Source of the DNA: Patescibacteria group bacterium
Lineage (GTDB): Bacteria > Patescibacteriota > UBA1384 > XYA2-FULL-43-10 > 1-14-0-10-43-13
NCBI GenBank assembly: GCA_041674765.1
Contig: JBAYVE010000005.1
Location: 1,645-65,644 of the forward strand
Length of the DNA: 64,000 bases
Reading direction: 5' to 3'
Shown: piece by piece, positions 19,975 to 30,562 of the stretch
Layout of the letters: every line of letters starts with the position of its first letter
Position numbering within the stretch: the stretch's first letter is position 1
The notes under the pieces: generated by a model
The model's input: only the letters and a program-made list of their open reading frames with translations
Database searches by the model: none
Told to the model about the DNA's origin: nothing
Position numbers and translations under genes: made by a program

Positions 19975-20079
19975 CTTAACCTCCTGTGCAATAGTAACTG
20001 TCCCTTATTCTTTGCCACAAAATCTGATGAAAGTCAATCTGATGTTTGGAATTTGTTCGTATTTTCGGGTATAATAGAG

Positions 20080-20360
20080 TTATAAAGTTCATCAAGTTTG
20101 TAAAGTTTATAAAGTAGAAAGTTAATACAGTTCGTCAGGTTTATAAAGTCGGAAGTTTGTAAAGTCCGAAGTCCAAGATGTCATTCTGAGGGTGTTGGCG
20201 AAGAATCTAGGGCGGATGCCGGCTCAGACGAGCTGAGAGATCCTTCGCTTTGCTCAGGATGACAAAAAGTAAGCTCAGATGACAAAAATAAGCTTATGAT
20301 GACAAAATAACTTCAGGGTGACGGAATAATCTCAGAATGACAAAGTAATCTTGGGATGAA
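20080..20360. repeat. AAAGTTTAT-like array, GTCAT..ATGAC element and tandem decayed copies of its right end
   Basis: element 20180-20263, then about 5 degenerate ctcaggatgacaaaa units. Confidence 0.8.
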
Positions 20361-20367
20361 GACAAAT

Positions 20368-23300
20368 ATGAATGATTTATTGCAAAATTTAAACGAGCCT
20401 CAACGTCAAGCAGTTTTGAATACCGAGGGACCCGTGCTGGTTCTTGCGGGGGCGGGGAGCGGTAAGACAAAAGCGTTGACGCATAGAATTGCTTATTTGA
20501 TTCGCGAAAAGCATATTTCGCCCTATAATATTTTGGCGGTGACTTTTACGAATAAAGCAGCAGCCGAGATAGCTGCTCGTGTACAACAGCTACTCGGAAA
20601 TTCCAATTTCCAAAATCCAATTTCCAATCAATTTCCAAAATCCAATGACCAAAAATATAAATTACCTTGGGCTGGGACTTTTCACTCTGTTTGTGTTAGA
20701 ATATTGCGCCGTGAGGCCGACTACGTGGGCTTTTCCCGCTCTTTTACTATCTATGACGAGAATGACAAGCTATCGGTAATAAAGCGTCTGCAGAAGGACC
20801 TGGGGGTTGATCCGAAGCATTACAATCCAAATTCGATCGGCTACTTCATCTCTGGCGCCAAAAATGAGCTGATCGACGCTAAGGAATATAAGAAGTACAC
20901 GAATTCGCCTTTTGAGCAGATAACCGCCAAGATCTATGAGCGTTATGAAAAATATATGCACGAAGTGAATGCGCTGGATTTTGACGACCTGATTATGCAG
21001 TGCGTGGTTTTGTTCCAAAATAACCCTCAAATTCTCGAAAAATATCAAAATTTATTTAAATACATTTTGATTGACGAGTACCAGGATACCAATCAGGCGC
21101 AATACATTTGGGCGAAGTTACTCGCTTCCAAGCACAATAATATTATGGTGGTGGGCGATGATTATCAGTGTCTAGTGCCGAATACTGATATCTATATTGA
21201 TCAAGAGACATTTCTGCCAATCAAAGCATTGGATAAGGGAAATTTGGTTATGGCGGCCTCAGGTTGGGGCAGTATTTGTCCTGATTTGGTACAGAAAATT
21301 CACAAAACCAAATACTCTGGTTACTTGATTAGGGTCAAGACCAAAGGCGGACGGATATTGGAATTGACGCCGAATCATAAATTGTTTGCAAATCTTCAGT
21401 CTAAGCCAAGTCTTTATTCTGTTTATTTGATGTTTCGCCAGGATAAGGGATATAGGATTGGGATTACACAAGGGGTCAGAAGCAAAAAAGATCAGATTGT
21501 AAGTGGCTTAATGGTGAGAATAAATCAGGAAAGAGGCGATAGAATTTGGTTGCTTCAGTCGTGCAAAACGCTTGGAGATGCTATGTATTTAGAGCAGTTT
21601 TATGCCTTTAAATATGGTATCCCCACAACAATTTTTGAAGATTCTGGCAAAAAGGCTGTTTATTCTCAGGAAAAAATTGATTCTTTATATCAAAATATCC
21701 CGACTGTTGAAAGAGCGCTCAAATTGGCACTAGATATCGATTTAGATCTTGCATTTCCTCATTATCAACCGCAGGCCGTGATTAAAAATGGTAAGGGGCG
21801 GAAGTTGGTCAACTTGGTAATGTTCGGAGAAAACCGAAAATTTGAGAATCGTCCTTGGCATGCTCACCGAATCTGCCTAAATACAACAGACATCAATCTC
21901 AAGGATAAATTGACTGGTTTATATCCTATAAGAAATGGTCAAAGAGGTACTTGGCGAGTAGAAACCTCCAGAAAAGACTATGATCAAGCCGTTGCATATG
22001 CTGAAGGATTATTCAGCTATGATGATGAACTATTGTTGAATCAACGGGCCAGGCTTTTAAGTGATAAGTCATTCAATGTTTTGCCGGCCAAAAATCTTCG
22101 AATTGGAATGGTCGTTCCTGTTTTGAAGGGTAGTAATCTCGACGAGGACGAGATAATTGCTATCGAAAAATTTGATTATGCCGGTGATCTTTATGATCTA
22201 GATATCGCAAATCTTCATAATTATATAGCCAATGGAATGGTTGTTCATAATAGTATTTACTCATGGCGGGGTGCCAATTTCCGCAATATTTTGAACTTTG
22301 AGAAGGATTACAAAAATGCGGTTGTAATCAAGCTTGAACAGAATTATCGCTCGACCAAGACTATTCTGGAGGCGGCCAACGACGTTATTAAATTCAATGA
22401 AAACAAGACTGACAAGAAGCTCTGGACGGAAAATGACACCGGCAGGGCCATTTCTGTTTATGAAGCAATGAACGAGAAGGATGAGGCTGAATTTGTCGCA
22501 ATGGAGGTCAAATCATCGGTCGAAAGTCGGAGGTCGAAAGTCGGAGGCAATTTTACCTCAAACCTCAAACCTCAAACCTCAAGCTATTTCGATTTTGCGG
22601 TTTTGTATCGGACCAATGCCCAGTCTCGAGCAGTTGAAGAAGCGTTTTTGCGGTTTAAGATCCCTTACAAGGTAGTCGGAGGAATGCGCTTTTATGAGCG
22701 CAAGGAGATCAAAGACATTATTTCATTTCTTAGATTGATAAATAACCAGATGGATTTAGAGGCATTAACCAGGGCCGTGTCATGTATGCCAAGGGGAATT
22801 GGCGATAAAACGATCGATAAAATTAGAGAATACATTTCCGCTAACTTTGTCATCTCGAGCGGTGTTCTTGGAGCCGAGAGATCTTTTGACTTGCCAAAGA
22901 TTTCTCCAACCTCGAGTACGAGGGGTCGAAATGATAATTTATTTTTGGTTTTATCTCGGAATGATGCTTTTCCCTCCAAGGTCACCGATTTCTTCAAATT
23001 ACTTTACGAGTTCTATAAACTTTATGAACTCTCAACTCCCTTAGATCAGTTAATTCTGAAAATTGCCGAAAAAACCGGCTATCGAAAGTATCTGCAAGAC
23101 GGTACGCCGGAAGGAGAGGGAAGATGGGAGAATGTATTAGAGCTTTCAACCGTAGCCGCACAGGTTGAAGCTCAAATTACCAATTACCAATTACCAATTA
23201 CCACTCAAATCCCAAGTTCCAATTCTCAAGATTTAGATATTGATCATTCATTGGAAATTGAAAATTATAAAATTGAAAATTCTGAAAGCGGTTTTGAGAA

Positions 23301-23658
23301 CGAAACAACACCATTAGAAAAATTTCTTGAACAGGTGTCGTTGGTGCAAGATACGGACTCGCTTTCAGGCGAGGCTGGTGTTGTGACATTGATGACGCTT
23401 CATTCAGCCAAGGGCCTGGAATTTAAGACAGTTTTCATCGTCGGTGTCGAGGAAGGACTATTCCCACATTCTCGGGCATTGATGGATAATTCAGAGATGG
23501 AGGAGGAGCGACGCCTGGCCTATGTCGGCATTACCCGTGCCAAAGAACTATTATATTTGCTCTATGCTACAGAGCGTAATCTCTACGGCCGGCTTCAATG
23601 GAACGAAAAATCAAGGTTTATTGAGAATATTCCAGAGCACTTGTTGGATGAAATTTAA
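20368..23658 (+). CDS. pcrA: PcrA/UvrD helicase with intein and in-frame repeat insertions
   Basis: AGAGSGKT, TFTNKAA, DEYQDTN, GDDYQ|SIY, LEQNYRST, TLHSAKGLEF, EERRLAYVGITRA. Confidence 0.96.
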   Translation: MNDLLQNLNEPQRQAVLNTEGPVLVLAGAGSGKTKALTHRIAYLIREKHISPYNILAVTFTNKAAAEIAARVQQLLGNSNFQNPISNQFPKSNDQKYKLPWAGTFHSVCVRILRREADYVGFSRSFTIYDENDKLSVIKRLQKDLGVDPKHYNPNSIGYFISGAKNELIDAKEYKKYTNSPFEQITAKIYERYEKYMHEVNALDFDDLIMQCVVLFQNNPQILEKYQNLFKYILIDEYQDTNQAQYIWAKLLASKHNNIMVVGDDYQCLVPNTDIYIDQETFLPIKALDKGNLVMAASGWGSICPDLVQKIHKTKYSGYLIRVKTKGGRILELTPNHKLFANLQSKPSLYSVYLMFRQDKGYRIGITQGVRSKKDQIVSGLMVRINQERGDRIWLLQSCKTLGDAMYLEQFYAFKYGIPTTIFEDSGKKAVYSQEKIDSLYQNIPTVERALKLALDIDLDLAFPHYQPQAVIKNGKGRKLVNLVMFGENRKFENRPWHAHRICLNTTDINLKDKLTGLYPIRNGQRGTWRVETSRKDYDQAVAYAEGLFSYDDELLLNQRARLLSDKSFNVLPAKNLRIGMVVPVLKGSNLDEDEIIAIEKFDYAGDLYDLDIANLHNYIANGMVVHNSIYSWRGANFRNILNFEKDYKNAVVIKLEQNYRSTKTILEAANDVIKFNENKTDKKLWTENDTGRAISVYEAMNEKDEAEFVAMEVKSSVESRRSKVGGNFTSNLKPQTSSYFDFAVLYRTNAQSRAVEEAFLRFKIPYKVVGGMRFYERKEIKDIISFLRLINNQMDLEALTRAVSCMPRGIGDKTIDKIREYISANFVISSGVLGAERSFDLPKISPTSSTRGRNDNLFLVLSRNDAFPSKVTDFFKLLYEFYKLYELSTPLDQLILKIAEKTGYRKYLQDGTPEGEGRWENVLELSTVAAQVEAQITNYQLPITTQIPSSNSQDLDIDHSLEIENYKIENSESGFENETTPLEKFLEQVSLVQDTDSLSGEAGVVTLMTLHSAKGLEFKTVFIVGVEEGLFPHSRALMDNSEMEEERRLAYVGITRAKELLYLLYATERNLYGRLQWNEKSRFIENIPEHLLDEI
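21169..22251 (+). mobile_element. intein (361 aa) in PcrA motif III
   Basis: starts CLVPNT, block B TPNH, ends YDLDI..NYIANGMVVHN before Ser; splits conserved GDDYQ-SIY. Confidence 0.95.
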
Positions 23659-23682
23659 TTCCCTCGGAATTCATACTTCTTT

Positions 23683-26214
23683 TCAAAGTAATCTTTTTCT
23701 TGACCTTAAAAAAAGGTATGATCCCATAACGATTGCCAGAGAGCCTAAGATATAAATGGGGTAGTTGTTTGACTCATTGCTTGACTGGTCTTTCTGGACT
23801 ATTTGATTAGAGATTTCTGGAATTTCAATTAAGTTTTCGATTGGGTCGCCAGCTAAATCGCTAATTGATTCAGCAGTTTGAGGGTCATCAGACTGAGCAT
23901 TTGCAGGCTGACTCGACGAAACGCTTCTTAAAATATTTGCAACCGGACTTGAGATAATATTTGTCGCATTGCTACTACTGTCAGATATTATGAGGGCATT
24001 TTGAACGACAAAGGATCCATTATAAACAATGCCCGTGTTATTTGTTCCTGTTGCTTCAGTTTCAAAATGAGTGGTAATATCTGTTTCAATATTGGTAGAA
24101 CTGGCTTCTGCAACATAGGTATGAGCTCCAACTGTTGCGTCAGAAGGCAAAGCGTAGCTTCCAGTCCAGACAGTGTCGCCGCTATCATTTGTTGAAGAGT
24201 AAGCAAGCGGGATCTTTATTGAATTATCTAAATAAATTTGAACACTGTTTTCTGTTTTCTCTAACGGATCGGTCTGGAGCATCGAAGTGGTGACTGAGAA
24301 ATTAACCGTTTCGCCGGCAGAATAAGTTGAATCATCGCTTGAACCAATAATTGTCCACGGCGCCATGGCCATGTATTTCACCCACTGTTCATCGGGATAA
24401 GAAACATAATCGAATAAATTGCCAGTAGAAACTGTTTTTCCAAGTGCAAGGTAAACCCAACCGTCTTCATCGATCATTTCTCTACTTTTACTTAAAACTA
24501 CATTGCGATTTAGTTCATCAGTGGTTGAATAAAAAGTATTAAATTTCCATCTCTCCTCAAAAGTATCCATATTCATATAGCCAAAGTAATTATTAAACAA
24601 ATTATTTCCACTATCAGTGACTTTAGAATAATAAATGTTATTTTTAGCATCTACAAATTTCGGAGATATATCACTAATAGAATCTACCGTCTTAATTAAA
24701 ACTCCGTTCTCACTACTGACTTCTAGCATTGAAGTTGTCACACTGAGAATTTCAAAACCATTTAGCTCGTAGCTATAAGATTTAAAATAAAGTTTATCAT
24801 TTATTTGTATCATATCTTGAAAACCATTTATTCCAGGACCACTCTCATATACCCACTTTGGAGTGCCAGTATCCCCATCTATTGCATATATTTTCTTTGG
24901 ATTCTCTTTATCGGCAATAGTGTAATCGGAAAAATAAAGTATATTGTCGTTTCCTATCGTTAAGGAGTTCAATGCAAAAGGTCCAGCCTCGTATACCCAT
25001 TTCGTGCTGCCATCTGTAGGATTTATTGCGAAGAGTTTTGAATTTGATAAAACATACAATGTGCCATCTATTCCCTGTACTATTGGGCCAGGACTCGAGA
25101 CTGTGTTATCTATCATCTGCCTGAATTTTTCGGTGCCGTCAGGATTTAAAGCAAAAAGGGTCATATCATATGGTGCGCTTGTTTTAACTAAAATATAATA
25201 AATCGTTCCGTCAGCCCCAAGCGCAATACCTGCTCCATGAGGAAAATTTTGCGATTGAAATGTCCACTTAAAGCTGCCGTCAGTTAAATCAATGGCCATT
25301 GCCATATCTGCGGTTATAGTATAGGCATACAAAGTCCCGTTTTCTCCAGTAACAAATTGTCCTATCGTATCACTAAAAGGAATTTCCCAAACAGTTTCTC
25401 CGGTTCTTCGATCGGCCGCGACAAGTTTCGGATTGCTTGACCAAGTATGATAAACCACTAAGTCATTATATATAATTCTTGTCGAGATCATTGAATTTCT
25501 CTCGTATAGATTGGTCCACCGTGGGGTGGAATAAACACTATTATTTGCATAATCTGAGGATAATAAACCGTTTGGCTTGGGAGATCCATAAAATCCCCAT
25601 GGGGAACCGGAAACGGTTGTCGCTGAAAGGTCACCTTGACGAGTTGTCCAAGTGAAGTTAATACTGTCGATTAAAGGCGTTACGGTTGTACTGTTTGTAG
25701 TTAGAATAAATTTGAGTCTTATTTTTCCGATCTTGCCGCCGCCGTTATGTTTTGTCATGGGAAGAGCCGAAATATCAACCGGCGAGGAAAGATCGAAACC
25801 AGTAGAGTTGCCGGCTAAAACCGTGTCAGGGAAAAGACCACTGGCGCTATCGAGGACTTGAACTTTAATACTGGTACCCTCTGGAATGGTGGTTTGGGCA
25901 CTAATCGTGCCCCATTCTACTGCGCTAAAACCTAAGTAATCACCGATTGTTTTAGTGGTAACCGCACCTGTTAACCGATATGGTGTTGTAAACAAGGTCG
26001 TGCTTCCCTCTTTAAGAAGTTGAACTTTACCGGTTACAGTGTTTACACGAGCGCCTGCATTAGTCACAATTCCCAAGGCATCGGCAAAATCGTCCGTGTA
26101 AGTACCGGTTTCTATATTAGTCGTAACTGTTGCCGAAGTCTTGGACGAATAAGATTGTAGTACCAAGAGAAAGAATAAACAAAAGACTATTAGTTTAATT
26201 AAATTGAACTTCAC
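23683..26214 (-). CDS. secreted PQQ-type beta-propeller surface protein with C-terminal membrane anchor
   Basis: signal peptide, repeated A...DG..KW units, C-terminal TM plus basic tail. Confidence 0.8.
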   Translation of the reverse strand: MKFNLIKLIVFCLFFLLVLQSYSSKTSATVTTNIETGTYTDDFADALGIVTNAGARVNTVTGKVQLLKEGSTTLFTTPYRLTGAVTTKTIGDYLGFSAVEWGTISAQTTIPEGTSIKVQVLDSASGLFPDTVLAGNSTGFDLSSPVDISALPMTKHNGGGKIGKIRLKFILTTNSTTVTPLIDSINFTWTTRQGDLSATTVSGSPWGFYGSPKPNGLLSSDYANNSVYSTPRWTNLYERNSMISTRIIYNDLVVYHTWSSNPKLVAADRRTGETVWEIPFSDTIGQFVTGENGTLYAYTITADMAMAIDLTDGSFKWTFQSQNFPHGAGIALGADGTIYYILVKTSAPYDMTLFALNPDGTEKFRQMIDNTVSSPGPIVQGIDGTLYVLSNSKLFAINPTDGSTKWVYEAGPFALNSLTIGNDNILYFSDYTIADKENPKKIYAIDGDTGTPKWVYESGPGINGFQDMIQINDKLYFKSYSYELNGFEILSVTTSMLEVSSENGVLIKTVDSISDISPKFVDAKNNIYYSKVTDSGNNLFNNYFGYMNMDTFEERWKFNTFYSTTDELNRNVVLSKSREMIDEDGWVYLALGKTVSTGNLFDYVSYPDEQWVKYMAMAPWTIIGSSDDSTYSAGETVNFSVTTSMLQTDPLEKTENSVQIYLDNSIKIPLAYSSTNDSGDTVWTGSYALPSDATVGAHTYVAEASSTNIETDITTHFETEATGTNNTGIVYNGSFVVQNALIISDSSSNATNIISSPVANILRSVSSSQPANAQSDDPQTAESISDLAGDPIENLIEIPEISNQIVQKDQSSNESNNYPIYILGSLAIVMGSYLFLRSRKRLL

Positions 26215-26367
26215 TATTTTAAACCCTCCATCTTTTTATAGGATACCAAAACTATTACAAAAAACAAAACAAGCGCAAGCGAAATCACTTTGTTGGATTA
26301 CCCTAATAGAATCTGCCCTCACTTTTCACCAATTCCCTACCACATTAAAAATAAAAAGGAGGGAAAG

Positions 26368-27366
26368 GTGAAAAAAGAGCAGAAGAGAGGCGAGATTATA
26401 ATTTATAACTCTGATGGCGATAACGGGAAAGTTGAAGTTAGGGTAGAGGGCGAAACGTTATGGTTGAGCCAAAATCAAATGGCGGATCTTTTTGGAGTAA
26501 ATCAGCCGGCAATTGCAAAGCATTTATCCAATGTCTTTAAATCAGGAGAATTAGAAGAGAAATCAGTTCATTCCATTTTGGAATATACTGCTAAGGATGG
26601 TAAAAAATATAAAACAAAATTTTATAATCTAGACGGAATTATTTCTGTGGGGTATCGGGTCAATTCTAGAGAAGCGACGCAATTCCGGATCTGGGCCACG
26701 AGGACACTAAAAGACCATTTGACCAAAGGATATACACTTAACAAAAGGATTCTAGCCAGGTATCGAGAGAAGTTTTTGGAAGCGCGAAAGACTTTGGCGA
26801 TGATAGCTTCTAAATCAGATTTTGAGCTTTTGCAAGGACACGAGAAAGAGCTCATAGAATTAATCTCTGAATATTCCAAATCTTTCAAAGTCTTGGAGGA
26901 ATTTGATGAGCGAAAAATTGAAATTAAAAAGTTGAACAAGGAAGTTAAGTTTGAAATTTCGTATGACGGTGTATTGGAGATAATCGGTCAGATGAAAAAC
27001 CGACTGGCGAAATTGCGGGTCAATGTCTATATGTTCGGGACTGAGGTCGGACACAAATTGTCTTCGACAATCGGTTCAATAAATCAAACCTTTGACGGCC
27101 AAGATCTCTATCCAAGCGTCGAAGAGAAGGCAGCAAATTTACTATATTTGGTGATCAAGGATCATCCCCTGACGGATGGCAACAAGAGAGTAGCCTCGAT
27201 GCTTTTTGTTTATTTTCTGGAGAACAACAGTTATCTATATCGTACCAGCGGTGAAAGAAAAATCTCAGACAATACTCTGATTGCCTTAGCCCTTCTTGTC
27301 GCTACCAGTGATCCAAAAGAGAAAGATAATATAGTTCGGCTAATAATGAATTTGATCCAGAATTAG
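26368..27366 (+). CDS. RhuM-family protein with Fic/Doc domain
   Basis: WLSQNQMADLF, YNLD.IISVGYRVNS..ATQFR.WA, HPLTDGNKR. Confidence 0.9.
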   Translation: MKKEQKRGEIIIYNSDGDNGKVEVRVEGETLWLSQNQMADLFGVNQPAIAKHLSNVFKSGELEEKSVHSILEYTAKDGKKYKTKFYNLDGIISVGYRVNSREATQFRIWATRTLKDHLTKGYTLNKRILARYREKFLEARKTLAMIASKSDFELLQGHEKELIELISEYSKSFKVLEEFDERKIEIKKLNKEVKFEISYDGVLEIIGQMKNRLAKLRVNVYMFGTEVGHKLSSTIGSINQTFDGQDLYPSVEEKAANLLYLVIKDHPLTDGNKRVASMLFVYFLENNSYLYRTSGERKISDNTLIALALLVATSDPKEKDNIVRLIMNLIQN

Positions 27367-27409
27367 AAAACCAGCCCTGCACGATGCGAGGGCTGGCGGG
27401 TGTGATGTC

Positions 27410-28807
27410 TCACGGGAGGCAATTTTCGGTTTCGATGAGGCTATTCGCGGCGAGGAAGCCTTTTTCCATCCGTCGGTATCCTACCTCAAACTCGGGGAAA
27501 TGTTGAAGCATCCTCCTTCTGTTTTTGAGATAGGCATTCTCGAAGAACGCCCTCATCAAATATTTTCGAGCCCATAATTGGTCGAAACCGACATCGAGTA
27601 CGGGGTGAGCCGTATCCCAGTGCCTCAGATCGTGATCGATGACCATTGCTTGAATCGTAGGGTCTGATCCGCTCTTTGACGCCAAGAATGGGGTAAAAGA
27701 GGAGCACCGAAATCCTGTTGCGGAGCAGGTCTTTACCCATTCTGCGGTTGCCTCAATGTCTTTTACTGTTTGCCCTGGAATGCCGATGACATTGAGACAT
27801 CTGGTGGCGATCCCATTATCGGTGCACAGCTCGAAAATCGCATTGGGATCGCTTTCTCCTCGATATGCTTGCTTGTTCATACGCCGCCGCTCGCTCACAG
27901 AGGGACTTTCGACACCAATCGAGAGCATGCACCAGCCGGCAGCACGCATGGCGGGGATGATTTCGTCCGCATGAGAGAGAGCCGGATTATATAGTCCTCC
28001 CATCACAACATGTTTATTTAGTCCACGCTTGATGATCTCATCGCAGACCGACATAAGCCATCGGAAATTGAGATTTATATTGAGGTCATCCCAATCAATG
28101 GAACGATATCCTTGTGTAACCAAGTATTCGATCTCATTGACAACATGTGCGGGTTCGCGGGAGACCACGTTTTTTCCCCATGCCTCACGTGACTCACAGA
28201 AACTGCAGTCGAAGGGACAGCCTCTCCGGCCGATTATTGAAGTTGGCATCTGTTCCTCTATCTCAAGCGGCCAGATATCTCTCATATGGAGGAAAGGTAC
28301 TATACTTGGATCTCGAAAGGGATAGATCGCTCCTGTCCAATTGAGATCGCGCCCACTCCGAACAATGCCTTTCGCCTGTCTCCTTTCGACTATTGCTTTG
28401 ACGGCCAGTTCGCCCTCGCCCACCACGACCCAGTCGAAGGTATCGATGAGATATTGTGGTATAGAGGTTGCGCCAGGTCCGCCTACAATTAGCTTAACTT
28501 CAGGGCACTCTGTCCGGATTGTTTTGGCGATTTCGTTGGCTTCATCTAGGGTCCAGGTCATGCAGCTTATACCCACATAAGCACAGTTCTTGGCCTTTTC
28601 AACGATCTCCCGGGTAGTGAAAGATCGAATGGCAAGGTCGATCACCTCGACGTCGAAGCCCATGTGCATCAACATAGAAGCGATATATAGAAGTCCTAAG
28701 TTTGGCAGATTTGCATTGCCAAAGAGATTCTTCCGGCCTGAGCCGGCGCTGATAAGCAGTACTTTTTTCAAAGGAGCCTCCTTTCGGTTGTAAGTGTGCC
28801 AATTCAT
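27410..28807 (-). CDS. B12-binding radical SAM protein
   Basis: LGLLYIAS, VGGP, VVGEGE, RGCPFDCSFC, GVES. Confidence 0.9.
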   Translation of the reverse strand: MNWHTYNRKEAPLKKVLLISAGSGRKNLFGNANLPNLGLLYIASMLMHMGFDVEVIDLAIRSFTTREIVEKAKNCAYVGISCMTWTLDEANEIAKTIRTECPEVKLIVGGPGATSIPQYLIDTFDWVVVGEGELAVKAIVERRQAKGIVRSGRDLNWTGAIYPFRDPSIVPFLHMRDIWPLEIEEQMPTSIIGRRGCPFDCSFCESREAWGKNVVSREPAHVVNEIEYLVTQGYRSIDWDDLNINLNFRWLMSVCDEIIKRGLNKHVVMGGLYNPALSHADEIIPAMRAAGWCMLSIGVESPSVSERRRMNKQAYRGESDPNAIFELCTDNGIATRCLNVIGIPGQTVKDIEATAEWVKTCSATGFRCSSFTPFLASKSGSDPTIQAMVIDHDLRHWDTAHPVLDVGFDQLWARKYLMRAFFENAYLKNRRRMLQHFPEFEVGYRRMEKGFLAANSLIETENCLP

Positions 28808-28996
28808 GGCAAAATTGACCGATCCATGGAATTGGCCATCATAACATCGAACCGATTATCGGACATTGATTTAAGACAAATTGACAAAATAATGCTTAAT
28901 TGTTATCTTGAGAAGAGGAATGTTGACCAAAAAATGGACAAACTGTGGTAGCTCATAAAGTTTGTAAAGCAGAAAGTTCATCAAGTAAAAAGAGGG

Positions 28997-29062
28997 GTCA
29001 TCCTGAATTTGATTCAGGATCCAGTTATTATTAGATAGATTCCGGATCGAGTCCGGAATGAC
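28997..29062. repeat. GTCAT..ATGAC paired hairpin element
   Basis: gtcatcctgaa..ttcaggatcc, spacer, gattccgga..tccggaatgac. Confidence 0.85.
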
Positions 29063-29073
29063 AGGACGAACAT

Positions 29074-29787
29074 ATGAAAAATTTGGAAATTGAGGGATTA
29101 AATCAAAAAGAGCTCGAAGTTTATGAGAATTTGCTGACCCTAAAGCGGGCGACAGTTTTGCAATTGACACAAGTTTCAAACGAAAAAAGAACAACTTTGT
29201 ATAGAATCTTGGAGTCCTTACTGTTCAAGGGGCTGGTCAGCGAGATCTATGAAAGGAAGAAGCACTTTTATATTGCCGAATCCCCAAAGAAATTATTGGA
29301 ATTTATCAATAATGAAAAAGAAAAGATAAAGAATATTCTTCCTGACCTAGAAGCATTGGAGCAGCAAGCACTGGAGCGGCCAAAAATTAAATTCTGTGAA
29401 GGCAAGGAGGCCTTAAAAAGTTTTTATAATGAAATTTATGCTGGCCGGAAAGAGGTTCGTGCAGTTGGCGCCCCCGAAAGACTCGTTAAAGACATTAATT
29501 TCCATAATGAGCAGGTGGCCAAAAGGGTGCGATTGAAAATACCGGCTCGAGTGATTTATTCCGATACTCCTTTCTCCAGAAAAAGGGCGGAGACGGAAGC
29601 TCTTCGTGAAGTTAGAATATCTAAACACTTAAGACCGCTGGATGCGACCTTTATGTTCTCTAGTAATAAAGTAATGGCTTTTTCCCATAAAAATTGGGTC
29701 ACCGGTGTTCTAATTGAAAACAAAGAGATTGCGTCTGGACTCGAAGCAATATTTGATGCATTGTGGGAAGAGCTGGAAAATAAATAA
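29074..29787 (+). CDS. TrmB-family transcriptional regulator
   Basis: GLNQKELEVY, RTTLYRILESL..KGLV, PKIKFCEG. Confidence 0.85.
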   Translation: MKNLEIEGLNQKELEVYENLLTLKRATVLQLTQVSNEKRTTLYRILESLLFKGLVSEIYERKKHFYIAESPKKLLEFINNEKEKIKNILPDLEALEQQALERPKIKFCEGKEALKSFYNEIYAGRKEVRAVGAPERLVKDINFHNEQVAKRVRLKIPARVIYSDTPFSRKRAETEALREVRISKHLRPLDATFMFSSNKVMAFSHKNWVTGVLIENKEIASGLEAIFDALWEELENK

Positions 29788-29789
29788 TT

Positions 29790-29918
29790 AAAAAAAAGAC
29801 CCTAGGGGTGAACCTAGGGTCCGGCAACTTGCAATTGGCTCCCGTGTATATGGCATGTACCCGCACAAAGGCTAAGGTATCACTCGTATAGGGGGTGAGC
29901 TCTCTGCAAGTCGGCTTT
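29790..29918 (-). ncRNA. candidate small structured RNA
   Basis: minus-strand TTGAAA-17-TAAATA promoter, imperfect long hairpin, gaccctagg/cctagggtc terminator with U8, no ORF. Confidence 0.45.
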
Positions 29919-30328
29919 CTATCTATTTAGCATTTAAATATCAGATTTTCAACAATTACCTCGACCCCCTTGATACTTAATACCTATCCCTTTATACTAA
30001 TAATATAGAGCTCATGGAGGGATTTTCTACTATTGGTAGGCCCTTGTTGCTAGCGAGCAGTTTCTGATTAAGCCGGAAACCCTTAGTTATCAACAATCTT
30101 GTTTTGGCTTATCAAAAAAGTTGCAAAAATCGTGTTTAATGAATTTAATTTTGCATCAGTGGAAATGCTAATTTTTGAATACTTGAGAAATGCCAATCAT
30201 CGGCATAAACAAGGGAAATTATTAGATGATTATTCGCGAACTAAGCTAAAATAAGATCTAGCTATTGATTATTTATCCTGCTAGGTATATAAATTCTCTA
30301 ATCCTACCCCCGAAAGGAGTACCCGCGA

Positions 30329-30490
30329 ATGGCACCGACTACCAAGCCAATTTGGAGGGTATTCTACGCAATGGTCCGAGCCCCCTTGGGTTTGCTTTGG
30401 GCCATTTGGATCGGTCTTCGCTGGCTGTTCTACGACAGCTTCTGGCAACCGGCCGATCACGACTCCAAGGAGGGCCACGGCCCTTCGTGA
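30329..30490 (+). CDS. 53-aa Trp-rich membrane peptide (absent from ORF track)
   Basis: AAGGAG RBS; MAPTTKPIWRVFYAMVRAPLGLLWAIWIGLRWLFYDSFWQPADHDSKEGHGPS; strong terminator 30498-30530. Confidence 0.65.
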   Translation: MAPTTKPIWRVFYAMVRAPLGLLWAIWIGLRWLFYDSFWQPADHDSKEGHGPS

Positions 30491-30562
30491 TATTCGCCTC
30501 CGCTGCCCTCGGGCAGCGGAGTTCTTTTTTATTAGGCATGTCTTTGGTACAATACCTTTAGT

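Noticed and set aside
20250-20360. Possible CRISPR array
   Set aside because: Units are degenerate and adjacent, without unique spacers; no cas genes
30013-30254. Possible small gene between the TrmB gene and the 53-aa peptide
   Set aside because: Only short frames with no RBS or recognisable motif
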